64,000 nt of DNA, taken from IMG/VR virus record IMGVR_UViG_3300043399_000587, positions 1 to 64,000 of that record. One strand, written 5' to 3'. Positions 27,158 through 37,783 of the stretch are shown one piece after another; position 1 is the stretch's first letter; each line of letters begins with the position of its first letter. This DNA is from a virus. Under the pieces are notes generated by a model, which ran no database searches, was not told the DNA's origin, and worked only from the letters and a program-made list of their open reading frames with translations. The position numbers and the translations under genes are program-made.

Positions 27158-30100
27158 GTATCATCCAGATTTCAAAAATACAACAAAGATCAGGAAACAT
27201 CGTTGACTTACCTCAACTTGATGAGGCTGAATTTGGATTTGCGTCTGATGCTAAGAGACTTTACATTGGTAAAGTCTCTCCCAATGAGAATATTGAAGTT
27301 CTTACTTCTTATTCTAACATTTCTTTTAGCCAAATTGAAGGAGCTGTAGGTAACTTAGACATTTCTGCGATATCCGCAGATAACGGTCAAGTATTAACCT
27401 ATGATGGAACTAATTGGGTTAATCGTGGCGGAGATGCAGGTGGTGTAATAGATTTAGGAGATGTTTCAAACGTTAGAATAGACGGCGGCGCAATTGGATA
27501 TGTATTAGAAACTGACGGTACCGGTAATTTATCATGGACACCCAAATCTACAATCGTAGCTTATATTGCAAATATTTCCAATGCAAGCCCTGCAGTAGTT
27601 ACAACAACCGAAGATAATTTCTTTACAGACGGTGCAGCAGTAACATTTACAAATTTGCCTGGAATTTCAGGAAGTGTTGGTTTTAATTTAAATGGTGATA
27701 CACTTTATGCTAACGTATTAACATCCAATACTTTTTCTTTGTATACTGATTCAGGATTAACCACCCCATATAACGCTTCAGGTGATACAGCGTTTCCTAA
27801 TACAACAGTAACAGATACATCTGCTTCTAACAATAGAGTAACTGTAGGTTCATCTACACCATTTTCTTTGAATGATCCTATAAAATTTATAGGAACAATG
27901 TTTGGTGTTTTAGATTCTAACACTACTTATTATGTTAAAGCTAAACCAACCTCTACTACGATTACTTTATCATTAGAACCCGGTGGCACTACATTAATAC
28001 TTACAACTGCATCTGGTTCTTGTAGGGTTTATGCTACCGGTGGCAGAGTAATTACTGATGTCGGTGGATCAGGTACTACTTTAATTGCAGCCGGCGCCTC
28101 TCAAACGGTGCAATTTAATAATTCAGGGGTCCTAACAGGATCTAGTGATTTTACATTCACATCAGGTGCTACAAGCATTTTGGCATTAAATGGTAATGCA
28201 AACGTAGGTAATTTGAATGCAACAAGTTCAGTCATCGCATCCACCTTAACTTCAAATATAAGCACGGGTACAGCTCCATTAACAGTCACAAGCACTACAC
28301 GTGTTGCTAATTTAAATGTTTCATACTCAAACGTTAGTGATTTTGGTGTAGTAACTGCGCAAACTACAGGTACATTTTTTCCAGTTTTTGTTAATGGAAG
28401 TTCAACAGCAAATAGAGCACTCGGTGCAAATGCTAATTTAGGGTTTAATGCAGCTACCGGCAATCTTTCTGCTACAGTACTCTATGCAAATAGTACAATT
28501 ACCGCAGTTGGTAATATAGTTGGTGCTAATGTAAATACTGCAGGAAATGTTACAGCAAGTAGATTAATTTCAAATGTAGCTACAGGTACAGCTCCATTAA
28601 CAGTCACTAGTACTACACGTGTTGCTAATTTGAATGTTGCTCATGCTAACGTAGCAGATTTTGTAAATATCGCAGATGTAACAACTGGTACATTTTATCC
28701 AATATTAGCAAATGCTGCAACAGGTAATATTTCTGAAGGATCAAATGCGAATTTAACATTTAACGCAGCGACAGGAGCATTAAATGCCACTTTATTAGGT
28801 GGTACATTGACAACTGCTGCACAACCAAACATTACTAGTTTAGGAACATTAACATCATTAACAGTATCGGGCACGATGACTGCTAATGACATTGCAACAT
28901 TTGGTACTGCAGGTGATACATTAAACATCACAGGCGCCGGCAACACCAACGTTAATGGTGCTGGCGGCATCATTAATATTGCTGCAGCGCAAGGTAATGG
29001 TACAGGTCAGGGTGGTAATTTAACGTTAGCAGGCGGAAGTGCAAATAGTTCAGGTAATGCAGCAGGTGGTTTGGCAACTTTAACTGCAGGAAATGGTTAT
29101 GGACAAGGACAGGGCGGCACAGTAGGTATCTATTCTGGAGCCTCAGCAAATACATACGGTGCTAAAGGAGGTAACATTGTCATAACCGGTGGTACTTATG
29201 ACGGTGCCGGCGGCGACATGGAATTATCCGGTGGCGAAGCCGCTGGTCAAAATCATGTTGGTGGCGATATAACAATCAAGTCCGGCGCAAGTACAGGAAG
29301 TGCAGCAGTTGGTAGAATTATATTCCAAACTTCCACTGTAGGTAGTACAGGAAATACAGTACAAACATTGTCGGATAGAATCATAATAGATGATACCCAA
29401 ATGAATGTACGATTTACTACCGCATCTTCATCAACTACTACAGGTGCATTAGAAGTTGCAGGTGGAGTAGGTGTTGGTGGTAACGTTTATGCATTAGCAT
29501 TTTATGGTGCAGCGACTGGACTAACTTCTATACCAGGCGCAAATGTTTCAGGAACTGTTGCAAATGCAACTCATGCTTCGACTGCAAATACGGTAACCAA
29601 CTCTACACAATCGAACATCACTAGTGTAGGTACGTTATTAGGATTAAATGTAAGTACAGGGTCATTAACAGCAACTACACCTATTTTAATTGAACAAACA
29701 TGGAATAATTCTAGTGTTGCATTTACCGGCATCAGAGAAAACATCACTGATACTTCAAGTGCGGCAGGTAGTTTTTTACTTGATTTGCAAGTGGGTGGGA
29801 CCAGTCAGTTTGTTGTATATAAAAACGGTAATCTAAACGTCGGGCCTAGTAGCACCGGTAATATCGCAGCAGCCTCTATACAAGTTACAACATTAACAAC
29901 AGGTGCAAATACTACAGCAGGAAGTGTTACTGGTAATTGGACATTAACAGCAGGTTCACGATTCAATGCTACATATGCTGACTTGGCTGAATATTATGAA
30001 GCCGATCGTGAGTATGAAGCAGGTACTGTATTAGAGTTTGGTGGAGATAAGGAAGTTACATTGGCTGAAGATGCAACTACAAGAGTCGCTGGAGTTGTAT

Positions 30101-30345
30101 CTACTGATCCAGCATTTGCAATGAACGCTAAATGTCAAGGCATGGCTGTTCCTATAGCTCTACAAGGTCGTGTGCCTGTAAAAGTTAGAGGTAACATACG
30201 AAAAGGCGATATGATGATAAGTGGTGGAAATGGGTATGCAAGACCTGCTCCATCAAATCCAATAATTGGAACAATTATTGGTAAAGCACTAGAAAACTTT
30301 AATGGCGCCGATGGTGTCATAGAAATAGCAATAGGAAGATTATAA
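27154..30345 (+). CDS. Tail fibre/spike-like protein with C-terminal intramolecular chaperone/autocleavage domain
   Basis: N-terminus IQ.RSG...LPQL..AEFG...D..RLYIG; T/G/N-rich beta repeats; C-terminus ADLAEYY...VAGVVST.P...IALQGRVP.KV.G...KGD. Confidence 0.75.
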   Translation: MSIIQISKIQQRSGNIVDLPQLDEAEFGFASDAKRLYIGKVSPNENIEVLTSYSNISFSQIEGAVGNLDISAISADNGQVLTYDGTNWVNRGGDAGGVIDLGDVSNVRIDGGAIGYVLETDGTGNLSWTPKSTIVAYIANISNASPAVVTTTEDNFFTDGAAVTFTNLPGISGSVGFNLNGDTLYANVLTSNTFSLYTDSGLTTPYNASGDTAFPNTTVTDTSASNNRVTVGSSTPFSLNDPIKFIGTMFGVLDSNTTYYVKAKPTSTTITLSLEPGGTTLILTTASGSCRVYATGGRVITDVGGSGTTLIAAGASQTVQFNNSGVLTGSSDFTFTSGATSILALNGNANVGNLNATSSVIASTLTSNISTGTAPLTVTSTTRVANLNVSYSNVSDFGVVTAQTTGTFFPVFVNGSSTANRALGANANLGFNAATGNLSATVLYANSTITAVGNIVGANVNTAGNVTASRLISNVATGTAPLTVTSTTRVANLNVAHANVADFVNIADVTTGTFYPILANAATGNISEGSNANLTFNAATGALNATLLGGTLTTAAQPNITSLGTLTSLTVSGTMTANDIATFGTAGDTLNITGAGNTNVNGAGGIINIAAAQGNGTGQGGNLTLAGGSANSSGNAAGGLATLTAGNGYGQGQGGTVGIYSGASANTYGAKGGNIVITGGTYDGAGGDMELSGGEAAGQNHVGGDITIKSGASTGSAAVGRIIFQTSTVGSTGNTVQTLSDRIIIDDTQMNVRFTTASSSTTTGALEVAGGVGVGGNVYALAFYGAATGLTSIPGANVSGTVANATHASTANTVTNSTQSNITSVGTLLGLNVSTGSLTATTPILIEQTWNNSSVAFTGIRENITDTSSAAGSFLLDLQVGGTSQFVVYKNGNLNVGPSSTGNIAAASIQVTTLTTGANTTAGSVTGNWTLTAGSRFNATYADLAEYYEADREYEAGTVLEFGGDKEVTLAEDATTRVAGVVSTDPAFAMNAKCQGMAVPIALQGRVPVKVRGNIRKGDMMISGGNGYARPAPSNPIIGTIIGKALENFNGADGVIEIAIGRL

Positions 30346-30632
30346 TGGCAGCATACATCTATACAGCAACAGGATCAAGTCAAAAATCAGCAGCTATACA
30401 AACAGACAAAGTAAGAATTTCTACTACAACATCTGCGATAGCAATTGCTGTTGGTGACGCTAATGTTACTGCAAACACAACAGCATGTGAAATTATTCCT
30501 GCAAATACAGTAATGAATAGCTTTATTGTGGGGCAGGATAATTACATTGCCTTTATAAATGTCGCAGGTACAGCCGGGGCCTTTAGTATAACAGAATTAG
30601 GAATGCCTCACGAAAACACTGGCACTGAATAA
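30345..30632 (+). CDS. Small probable virion protein
   Basis: TAATG overlap with the previous gene. Confidence 0.6.
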   Translation: MAAYIYTATGSSQKSAAIQTDKVRISTTTSAIAIAVGDANVTANTTACEIIPANTVMNSFIVGQDNYIAFINVAGTAGAFSITELGMPHENTGTE

Positions 30633-30751
30633 AACCCCATGTTGTTTTTTCAAAAAAAATATAAATACTTTGTTCAATATGAATCTATATTGACTTATGC
30701 GGTCCCCGCCGCGTAGTGGCTAAAACCCACAAATTATAAAGGAGAAAACAA

Positions 30752-32002
30752 ATGGGAAGACCTCTTAAAATAGCAAAAGCACAGGCAGTTATTACATTAA
30801 CTGCTACCAATGGTACTACCGAAGTGGTAACTACTAGTGCAAACTTTACAAATTTAGGCATAATTGCAGGAATGAGTTTTATACCTGCAAGCAGCGTAGG
30901 TAACTTGGTAGCTGGCACAACATATTGGATTCTTGAAGTAATAAATTCTGGAAACAATAGCACGTTTACTGTGTCGGAAACACAATTATCAGCTAATCCA
31001 AATTATACAAAATTTAATTTAGGTACAACTGCAGCACAATCTGTTGCATTGACAGTTAATGTAGTAGATGGATATTTCAATAATCCATTAGGTGGTGATG
31101 GATATCCAGCAACTAATTCTAATACATATAGCGTAGTAGGCGGTAACACTGCAATATATGGCAATCAAGTGTTATGCAATGTAGCTATAGGTATCACTGG
31201 AACAGGTACATTATATGGAACTAATACTAGTAATGTAGTAGGTGGATTGGGAACTGATTTGGCAAACATAGCAGCAGATTCAGTTATTCAATACATTGAT
31301 TCAACTGGCACTGCAGTCACACTAGGATATGTAGATACTGCAACAGGTACTGCTAATATTGAAATTTCAAATGCAACTGCAACTGGCAATTTCTTGACAA
31401 CAGTAGGTAATGCACAAACACTATACGCAAATCTACCTGTTGTATTGACAGATGATATAGGTGGTTTGACTGCAGGAACAACATATTTCGTTAAGGCAAT
31501 TCCTAACGCTGCTGCGTTTACTGTTTCATTAGCACCAGGTGGCGCAAACGTTGCTCTATCAGATGAAGACGCAGAATCATATGCACTTCAAGATACTACA
31601 TTGTTGACTGCTAATGCATCAGCTAACATTTCAGGTGCATCATTCATTTATGCTACACCAGAATCCGGATATATTGTTCGTCAAAAAGGCAAACAAAAAT
31701 ATCTAGTTAAAGGAGCTTCATCAGGATTAGTAGGAGCATGTTATACAGCAAACGTGGCTAATACAGCGATGTTACCTAATACAATGACTATTACTGCAAC
31801 ATATGCAAATGCAGCAACTGTTTTAGTACAATCATTGAGTGACCATACTGCTGAATTGTTTACATCTACTTCAGGTCCAGTAGCTACAGGTAATATTGTT
31901 CTTTCTAATGCTGATCCGGCATTTGGCACGTTCAATACTGCTTATGCTGCTAATACATATGGTGGCCAACCTTACCCAATCGTTACTATCGCAGGATCTT
32001 AA
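30752..32002 (+). CDS. Probable virion structural protein (MGRPLK...)
   Basis: TATAAATA late promoter, AAGGAG RBS, Thr/Ala/Asn-rich, YIVRQKG..KYLV motif. Confidence 0.65.
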   Translation: MGRPLKIAKAQAVITLTATNGTTEVVTTSANFTNLGIIAGMSFIPASSVGNLVAGTTYWILEVINSGNNSTFTVSETQLSANPNYTKFNLGTTAAQSVALTVNVVDGYFNNPLGGDGYPATNSNTYSVVGGNTAIYGNQVLCNVAIGITGTGTLYGTNTSNVVGGLGTDLANIAADSVIQYIDSTGTAVTLGYVDTATGTANIEISNATATGNFLTTVGNAQTLYANLPVVLTDDIGGLTAGTTYFVKAIPNAAAFTVSLAPGGANVALSDEDAESYALQDTTLLTANASANISGASFIYATPESGYIVRQKGKQKYLVKGASSGLVGACYTANVANTAMLPNTMTITATYANAATVLVQSLSDHTAELFTSTSGPVATGNIVLSNADPAFGTFNTAYAANTYGGQPYPIVTIAGS

Positions 32003-32007
32003 TAATC

Positions 32008-32316
32008 ATGACGGCTGTTCCTATTAAAACGCAGAAAACTGAAACTGATATCGCAGTCCTACAAGTTAAAGTTGAAACTATTGAAGATAAATTGGGTGAC
32101 CTAAAATCTGATATAAAGGACGTGCGTGAAGCTTTGGATAAACATTCTCAAGATCACAGCCTTATGATTAAAAATATGCAGGATTCCAATTCAAGTGCCC
32201 ACAAGTCAATGGCCGAAAAAATCTCTAGTTTAGAAAAATGGCGTTGGATGATGATGGGAGCAGGAATAGTGATAGGTTCGTTAGGGTACGATACAATTGC
32301 AAAACTACTAAAATAA
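32008..32316 (+). CDS. Coiled-coil protein with a C-terminal TM helix (holin/XhlA-like?)
   Basis: Heptad pattern followed by WRWMMMGAGIVIGSLG. Confidence 0.45.
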   Translation: MTAVPIKTQKTETDIAVLQVKVETIEDKLGDLKSDIKDVREALDKHSQDHSLMIKNMQDSNSSAHKSMAEKISSLEKWRWMMMGAGIVIGSLGYDTIAKLLK

Positions 32317-32338
32317 AAGGGGCTTAGGCCCCTTTTTT
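32315..32338. terminator. Bidirectional terminator
   Basis: AAAAGGGGC-TTAG-GCCCCTTTT between convergent genes. Confidence 0.85.
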
Positions 32339-32737
32339 AATCAGTGATTTGATCTTTTCTTGAACTACGTCAAAATTGATAGTGTTAAATAAACCCGGAT
32401 GTAGTGGCTTAGGATACACCGAACTATCGATCCAAGAATAACCTAAATGTTCATCATTTAATATAGGAATAAATTCTTCTTTTACTGTACAAAAAAATGT
32501 ATGATACACGAAAGAATTATTTACAAACTTCTGAATGGGTATCAGCTTGGCATCAGTGGGAAAGAATCCTATTTCTTCTGTACATTCTCTGTATAGACCT
32601 TCTAACAAGGTTTCTTCTTTCTCTATTTTCCCACCCGGAATACCCCAAGAACCAAAATTCTTTTCATCACTACGTAATAGGTACAAGAATCTTTTGGTGT
32701 TTTCTGTATAAAAGAATATGCCGGCTGAAACACTCAT
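32324..32737 (-). CDS. Nudix hydrolase
   Basis: GGKIEKEETLLEGLYRECTEEIG Nudix box. Confidence 0.9.
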   Translation of the reverse strand: MSVSAGIFFYTENTKRFLYLLRSDEKNFGSWGIPGGKIEKEETLLEGLYRECTEEIGFFPTDAKLIPIQKFVNNSFVYHTFFCTVKEEFIPILNDEHLGYSWIDSSVYPKPLHPGLFNTINFDVVQEKIKSLIKKGA

Positions 32738-32761
32738 GATGAAATAATATAGGAATTTGAA

Positions 32762-34129
32762 TCAAATGACAATACTATAGTCACCCTGTTCGTACCATCC
32801 TTCATATGACTTCATCCAAGCACCTTCTTCATTGGCGTATCTGTATTGTACATTTGTAGTAAGGTTGGTAACATATTCCACTGTTGTTGCTTCCGATGCG
32901 TCAAATGCTACTTCCCATTCTGTTCCATTGAATTCTATAATATCATTTGCTTTGGCTACTAGACTGCCCCATGCTACAGTAGGTGCTGTTCCTCCTATGC
33001 TTTCTGCGATTAGATATCTACGACCAGTGACTGGTGGAGGCAATCCATAATTAGGAGCAGACGTTAACGGATTAATAACACTGTCTACAGGGTCTAGCGT
33101 GTTCTGTGGAAGTGTGTCAGGATCAATGTTATAAATTAGTATCCTATCGTCTAATGGATCTATAACAATAGTTCCTACGATTTCAGTATCCATATATGGA
33201 TTCTGCAACCAAATCTGAGAGACGCCAGGTTTATATGCACCATATGCATTCAACAATGCAGACCAATACAATGATGTGTTAGGAGGATTTGGTAGATTTA
33301 ATTCTGAATTAGGTGGTTGAAATGTTTGATTAGCAGGTAATAATTGCAAGGTGTTATTCAACAACAATAATTTGTATCCATATGGAGTAATTTTTTGCCT
33401 AGTGCCTAGTAATAAATCATCGTTTGCAGTTGATTGTAGCGATACCTCAGTGAAAATACTAGAAATAATTTTTTGAATGACACCATATTTCTTTAATTTA
33501 CTTGCCGTACTTAACCATATAGGCATATAGAATTTCCATGTCATAACATCAATAGGATTACCTGTACCTTGTGGAATACTTCTACTGCTGAATGTCAATC
33601 CATCTTGATATACTACTGACAGGCTAGTCCAATCGATAAAGTTATCTGTACTTTGAATTTCTAGTGCAGGATTAAAAAGCGTACCCAACTGTTCAATTAA
33701 TTCTAATTTTTGATTATAGTTTGTAGTCCAAAAATCTACTGTAATTCTCAACGTGTAAGGAACAGGCATTAATCGCTCGACAGTAAATGCTTGTCCTTGA
33801 GTCGTTTCATAACTTTGAGTAGATGCATTGTAAGCTCGCTGTCTTACATTTAATTTGTCAACGAAGGTTGGATCTTGTGTTCTCTGTTGATTATATTCTA
33901 ACCCACTAATGTAATACGTGATTAATGGTGCACTTGGTAAATTACTCGCACTATTGTTTGCAATGATTGTACTTGCTTGTCTGGAACTGTCACCATACAT
34001 GATAGGAACACGTACTAAAATTTCGTTACCTGCAGGGTCTTTGCCCTTTGTAACATACCAATTACTAAAAATCTTTGCGAACTGTAACAGAAATCTACGT
34101 ATCTGTCCGTCATAAAAAAATTGTGCCAT
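32762..34129 (-). CDS. Tail completion/sheath stabiliser (T4 gp15-like)
   Basis: FFYD.QIRR....F...FSN, VPIMYG, MPVPY.L, EQ....FNP. Confidence 0.7.
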   Translation of the reverse strand: MAQFFYDGQIRRFLLQFAKIFSNWYVTKGKDPAGNEILVRVPIMYGDSSRQASTIIANNSASNLPSAPLITYYISGLEYNQQRTQDPTFVDKLNVRQRAYNASTQSYETTQGQAFTVERLMPVPYTLRITVDFWTTNYNQKLELIEQLGTLFNPALEIQSTDNFIDWTSLSVVYQDGLTFSSRSIPQGTGNPIDVMTWKFYMPIWLSTASKLKKYGVIQKIISSIFTEVSLQSTANDDLLLGTRQKITPYGYKLLLLNNTLQLLPANQTFQPPNSELNLPNPPNTSLYWSALLNAYGAYKPGVSQIWLQNPYMDTEIVGTIVIDPLDDRILIYNIDPDTLPQNTLDPVDSVINPLTSAPNYGLPPPVTGRRYLIAESIGGTAPTVAWGSLVAKANDIIEFNGTEWEVAFDASEATTVEYVTNLTTNVQYRYANEEGAWMKSYEGWYEQGDYSIVI

Positions 34130-34131
34130 AA

Positions 34132-36249
34132 TTATTCAACCGGTGGTAAAGAATCTGGTTCTATCGTTAATATTTTTGATAGTGGTTGTGCTTCGGGAAT
34201 CAATTCGCCCTGAGCCTCGCTATAAATTTCATTAGTATCATTGATGAACGTCGATAATAATGATTTATCATTTTCTGTATACCCCGTTTCCGTTCTTACA
34301 TTTTCTGATATTTTAACCCAAATTTCTCCGTCCCAACGGAATAAAATTTGCGGTGAATAGTCAGTTCTCAAAAAGAAATTACCTACTTCAGGTGTAAGCG
34401 GGAATGAAATACCTGCTGCTGCTGGGAATCCATTTGGTGCCGTGCCATCACCAGTCATGTAACCATTAGTATAACTAGTGCTTCTAGGTGTGTATGCCGG
34501 GATGTAGATGTATTCAGTATCTCCTTCGACAGTGATAACTTGTTGGTGTACTAATCCTACAGAAATAGTTCCAGGTTCTAAATCTAAAATACTAGATAAA
34601 GGCTGAGATTCTGGTACTAATTTATTCTCTTGCTGCAAGAATATTTCTTGTTTATCATTAATAAAACTTGACAACAAAGACTTGTTATCTTCGCCGAATC
34701 CAGTATCTGTTCTAACATCAGATGACATGCGAACCCAAATAGTTCCGTCCCAGCGAAATAAAACATTAGGGAGATAATCTATGCGTAAAAAATAATCACC
34801 AACTTGTGGGTTTTGTGGAAAGGCTATTCCCGTCCCAGTTGGTAATCCATTTGGTGCTGTACCATCTCCTGTTAAATAACCATTTGTATATGAAAAACTT
34901 CTAGGGGTGTATCTTCGGATATATTGGAATCTAGGATCACAATCTGCACGATAGTCCATTTGTGGTGTTATCGTACCTGTAAATCCAGATTGTTCTGGGT
35001 CTTGATCCGCAGTAGCATACGTATTATCTGCTGTTCCATATGGCCCGGTGATTACTCCTAAATTTTTTATCGTTAATATTGTGTCACCTTTAACAGGACC
35101 TGAATTGGTTGCAGTTCGTTGTGGGGCAGTTTCTATAAGCTGTAAGCTAGCTTGTACGAATTTATCTAACAATGTATGATCTGCATCTATTGTAGTGTCC
35201 CATATACTTTGTACAGAAGCTTTAGGAATACGAATATATGGGCTAGAATTTTTATATTTCTTATCTCGTAACATGCCGACACTACCGGGTAATCCACTGC
35301 TAGAAATAATGATATTTTCAGGCGGCGCCGGCTGATCTATCTTGTTAGACAATACACCGTTTTCTTCCCAAACTCCATACGTTGGAACAACATATAAATT
35401 ACTAGTGTCATACCCTGATTTAGGTACAATACGTTTTGCTTCTTGTAACTGTGCATCATTGATTTGAATATTTTTATTGTACGTTGCAAGAATATCCTTA
35501 AGATTATCAGCAGTATCCAATTCCCAGTATGTTTCATTGGGAGGAGTTGTTCCTATAGGTACATCTGTCTTAGCAACATAATTTTTATCACCATAAGTAA
35601 TTACGTATCCTGCAGGATACGTTTTATCTTTATCCCAAAAGCCAAGATAGGTATCTTTGTTAATTGGTTCTTGTAATATCTGACTGAATTCTTCACTATC
35701 TACTAGTGGTTCGCACTTAATACGCCACAGATGCGGGAACCAAGTTTGACTGAACCCTTCACTTGCATAGTTTGCATCAGTAATTTGCATAAACCTTTTT
35801 AATGCAACAGGAATAGTTTCTTTCAATGGGTTATAATCTAATAAGTGCGGTAATTCAATAACGTCACCGACCATCAATTTTCTTCCCAAAATTTCAATCA
35901 TGTCATTATAGTGAACTGTTATAAAAACAATATCGTTGTTTAAGAACAATCCAAACTGACTCAAATCAAAATCTAGATTCTGTACGTTGTAATGTCCCCT
36001 CAATCGATAAATATTAGGATCGTATGTCCTATCTCTGTTTTCTAAAAACAGTAAATCCTGTATATTCGTAGGATCTAATTTATCATACTGAGGTTGTGTG
36101 TAATCAATACTTGGACCCTGATCAGTTGGACCTAAATATTTGTGAATATACAAATCAGTACCGCCTACCGTCAATTGTTCAGAAATGGTTCTGTCCAAAA
36201 ATCGGTAGTCGTTTTGCTTATTTTCTCGGTAAAGGCTTAATCTTGGCAT
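34132..36249 (-). CDS. Neck/head-closure protein (gp14-like) with a duplicated C-terminal domain
   Basis: DLLFLENRDR.Y, LSQFGLF, GDVIELPH; adjacent to the gp15-like gene; GATAAATA just upstream. Confidence 0.6.
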   Translation of the reverse strand: MPRLSLYRENKQNDYRFLDRTISEQLTVGGTDLYIHKYLGPTDQGPSIDYTQPQYDKLDPTNIQDLLFLENRDRTYDPNIYRLRGHYNVQNLDFDLSQFGLFLNNDIVFITVHYNDMIEILGRKLMVGDVIELPHLLDYNPLKETIPVALKRFMQITDANYASEGFSQTWFPHLWRIKCEPLVDSEEFSQILQEPINKDTYLGFWDKDKTYPAGYVITYGDKNYVAKTDVPIGTTPPNETYWELDTADNLKDILATYNKNIQINDAQLQEAKRIVPKSGYDTSNLYVVPTYGVWEENGVLSNKIDQPAPPENIIISSSGLPGSVGMLRDKKYKNSSPYIRIPKASVQSIWDTTIDADHTLLDKFVQASLQLIETAPQRTATNSGPVKGDTILTIKNLGVITGPYGTADNTYATADQDPEQSGFTGTITPQMDYRADCDPRFQYIRRYTPRSFSYTNGYLTGDGTAPNGLPTGTGIAFPQNPQVGDYFLRIDYLPNVLFRWDGTIWVRMSSDVRTDTGFGEDNKSLLSSFINDKQEIFLQQENKLVPESQPLSSILDLEPGTISVGLVHQQVITVEGDTEYIYIPAYTPRSTSYTNGYMTGDGTAPNGFPAAAGISFPLTPEVGNFFLRTDYSPQILFRWDGEIWVKISENVRTETGYTENDKSLLSTFINDTNEIYSEAQGELIPEAQPLSKILTIEPDSLPPVE

Positions 36250-36272
36250 AAAGTATTTATCGTGGATGAGGC

Positions 36273-36301
36273 TTGACATTAAATGGTTTTTAATATAGAA
36301 T
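36273..36301 (+). promoter_or_regulatory. Early promoter of the same family (TTGACATTAAAT...TAGAAT)
   Basis: 17-nt spacer; drives GC-richer genes. Confidence 0.7.
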
Positions 36302-36332
36302 GTGCATTCTCGTTACTTTAAGGATTGGATCA

Positions 36333-36512
36333 ATGCTGTTCGACGTCGGAAACATCTTTCTGTCTATGATCAACGAACTTGAGCGTCGGGTGAAGATCGA
36401 GAAGCAGGGCGACTTGTTCGCAGTCATCATCGACGGGGAAACTGTCACTTGGTCAGTGTCTGACCAGCGTGCCCGTGAAGTTGCGATCAAGCTTATTGAC
36501 GCAGGATTTTAA
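36333..36512 (+). CDS. Small early hypothetical protein
   Basis: AAGGA/GGA upstream; GC-rich codon usage. Confidence 0.55.
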   Translation: MLFDVGNIFLSMINELERRVKIEKQGDLFAVIIDGETVTWSVSDQRAREVAIKLIDAGF

Positions 36513-36525
36513 AAAGGATAAGTAT

Positions 36526-37731
36526 ATGGTGACTCGTAAATCTTCTAAAACGGCTAAATCGAAGAATCTTGTTGATACTTCTATGGTCAAAGCACTTGAC
36601 CCTCGGGACATTGATACTAAATATGTCGGTCCCGAGCCACTTTTTATGGAAGAGTCTAAGAATCGAAATTCGGACATGATTGCTGCCTTTAACTGGTACA
36701 GTCGATTTTATGGACGAAAAAAAGCCAAAGAGATGATGATCCAATATTTGGATCTGTCTGGAAATCAGGGACTAGCTAAAGTTATTCGTAAGGTTGAGGA
36801 AAGCAACCTCAACCCAACTATGTGCTGGCTCGCACGTATGACCCTACGTGGGTTCAAACTGAATCCAACTGAACAAAAGCGATTGACTGACGAAATTAAT
36901 CGTTTGGTTATGACTGTTCAAAACCCCAAAATTAAAGAATCTACTACGGGTAAGAAAGCCGTGGTCAAGAAAGAAACGAACCGCCCCAACGTGCAAGAAA
37001 TCATGAAGGAAAAAGCACGTGAGGCTGCAGGTGAAATTGAAGGTATGTACGATGACTACATACTAGCAGGTGCCAAATCTTCGTTCAATTTCAAACCTGT
37101 TGATTTGCTTGCAAAATATAACGTTTTGCCACAACATATTAACATCGTCACCGATGCATGGAAACGCAAACGTAATGAAATTGAGGAAGTTATTAAAGGT
37201 AAAGATGCCCAGCTTGTTCAGAGTTACAACCATTACACCAAAACTCAACTCAAGAACATCCTTAAATTTATTGATCAATTCCTCAGCGACTTTAATAGCT
37301 ATGTAAGTGTCAAGAAAGCAACCAAGGCACCCCGCAAGCGTAAGGTTGTTCCTGTAGAAAAGCAGGTTGCTAAAATGAAGTTCCTGAAGGAATTTAAAGA
37401 TACTGCAACAAAGTTGGATCTTGTTAGTTTGCATCCTGTCAAACTTCATGGGGCCAGTGAATGTTATCTGTACGATACGGCTAAGCGTAAATTGATTTAC
37501 ATGGTAGCAGATGAGTACAGCAAAACCTTTTCAGTTAAAGGCACTACATTGCTTGGCTTCGACAACGTTAAAAGTCAGACCAAAACGCTTCGCAAGCCTG
37601 CTGAGCAGATTGCTCAAATTTTGAAATTGGGTAAACCAGCTGGAAGAAAATACTTCAACGAGATTCGTGCAGTAGCAACTACGCCAAATGGACGAACTAA
37701 TGACAATATGATTATCCTTAAAGCTTGGTAA
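36526..37731 (+). CDS. Basic hypothetical phage protein
   Basis: AAGGA RBS; C-terminus KTLRKP...PNGRTN...IILKA. Confidence 0.75.
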   Translation: MVTRKSSKTAKSKNLVDTSMVKALDPRDIDTKYVGPEPLFMEESKNRNSDMIAAFNWYSRFYGRKKAKEMMIQYLDLSGNQGLAKVIRKVEESNLNPTMCWLARMTLRGFKLNPTEQKRLTDEINRLVMTVQNPKIKESTTGKKAVVKKETNRPNVQEIMKEKAREAAGEIEGMYDDYILAGAKSSFNFKPVDLLAKYNVLPQHINIVTDAWKRKRNEIEEVIKGKDAQLVQSYNHYTKTQLKNILKFIDQFLSDFNSYVSVKKATKAPRKRKVVPVEKQVAKMKFLKEFKDTATKLDLVSLHPVKLHGASECYLYDTAKRKLIYMVADEYSKTFSVKGTTLLGFDNVKSQTKTLRKPAEQIAQILKLGKPAGRKYFNEIRAVATTPNGRTNDNMIILKAW

Positions 37732-37737
37732 TCATTA

Positions 37738-37771
37738 AACCCCTATAGTAAAATATAGGGGTTAATTTTTT
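37738..37771 (+). terminator. Hairpin terminator
   Basis: AACCCCTATA-GTAAAA-TATAGGGGTT followed by a T run. Confidence 0.7.
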
Positions 37772-37783
37772 TATGGAGAAAAT

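Noticed and set aside
34150-34911. Duplicated segment as a diversity-generating retroelement TR/VR pair
   Set aside because: Both copies are in one ORF, differences are not adenine-specific, and no reverse transcriptase is in the window.
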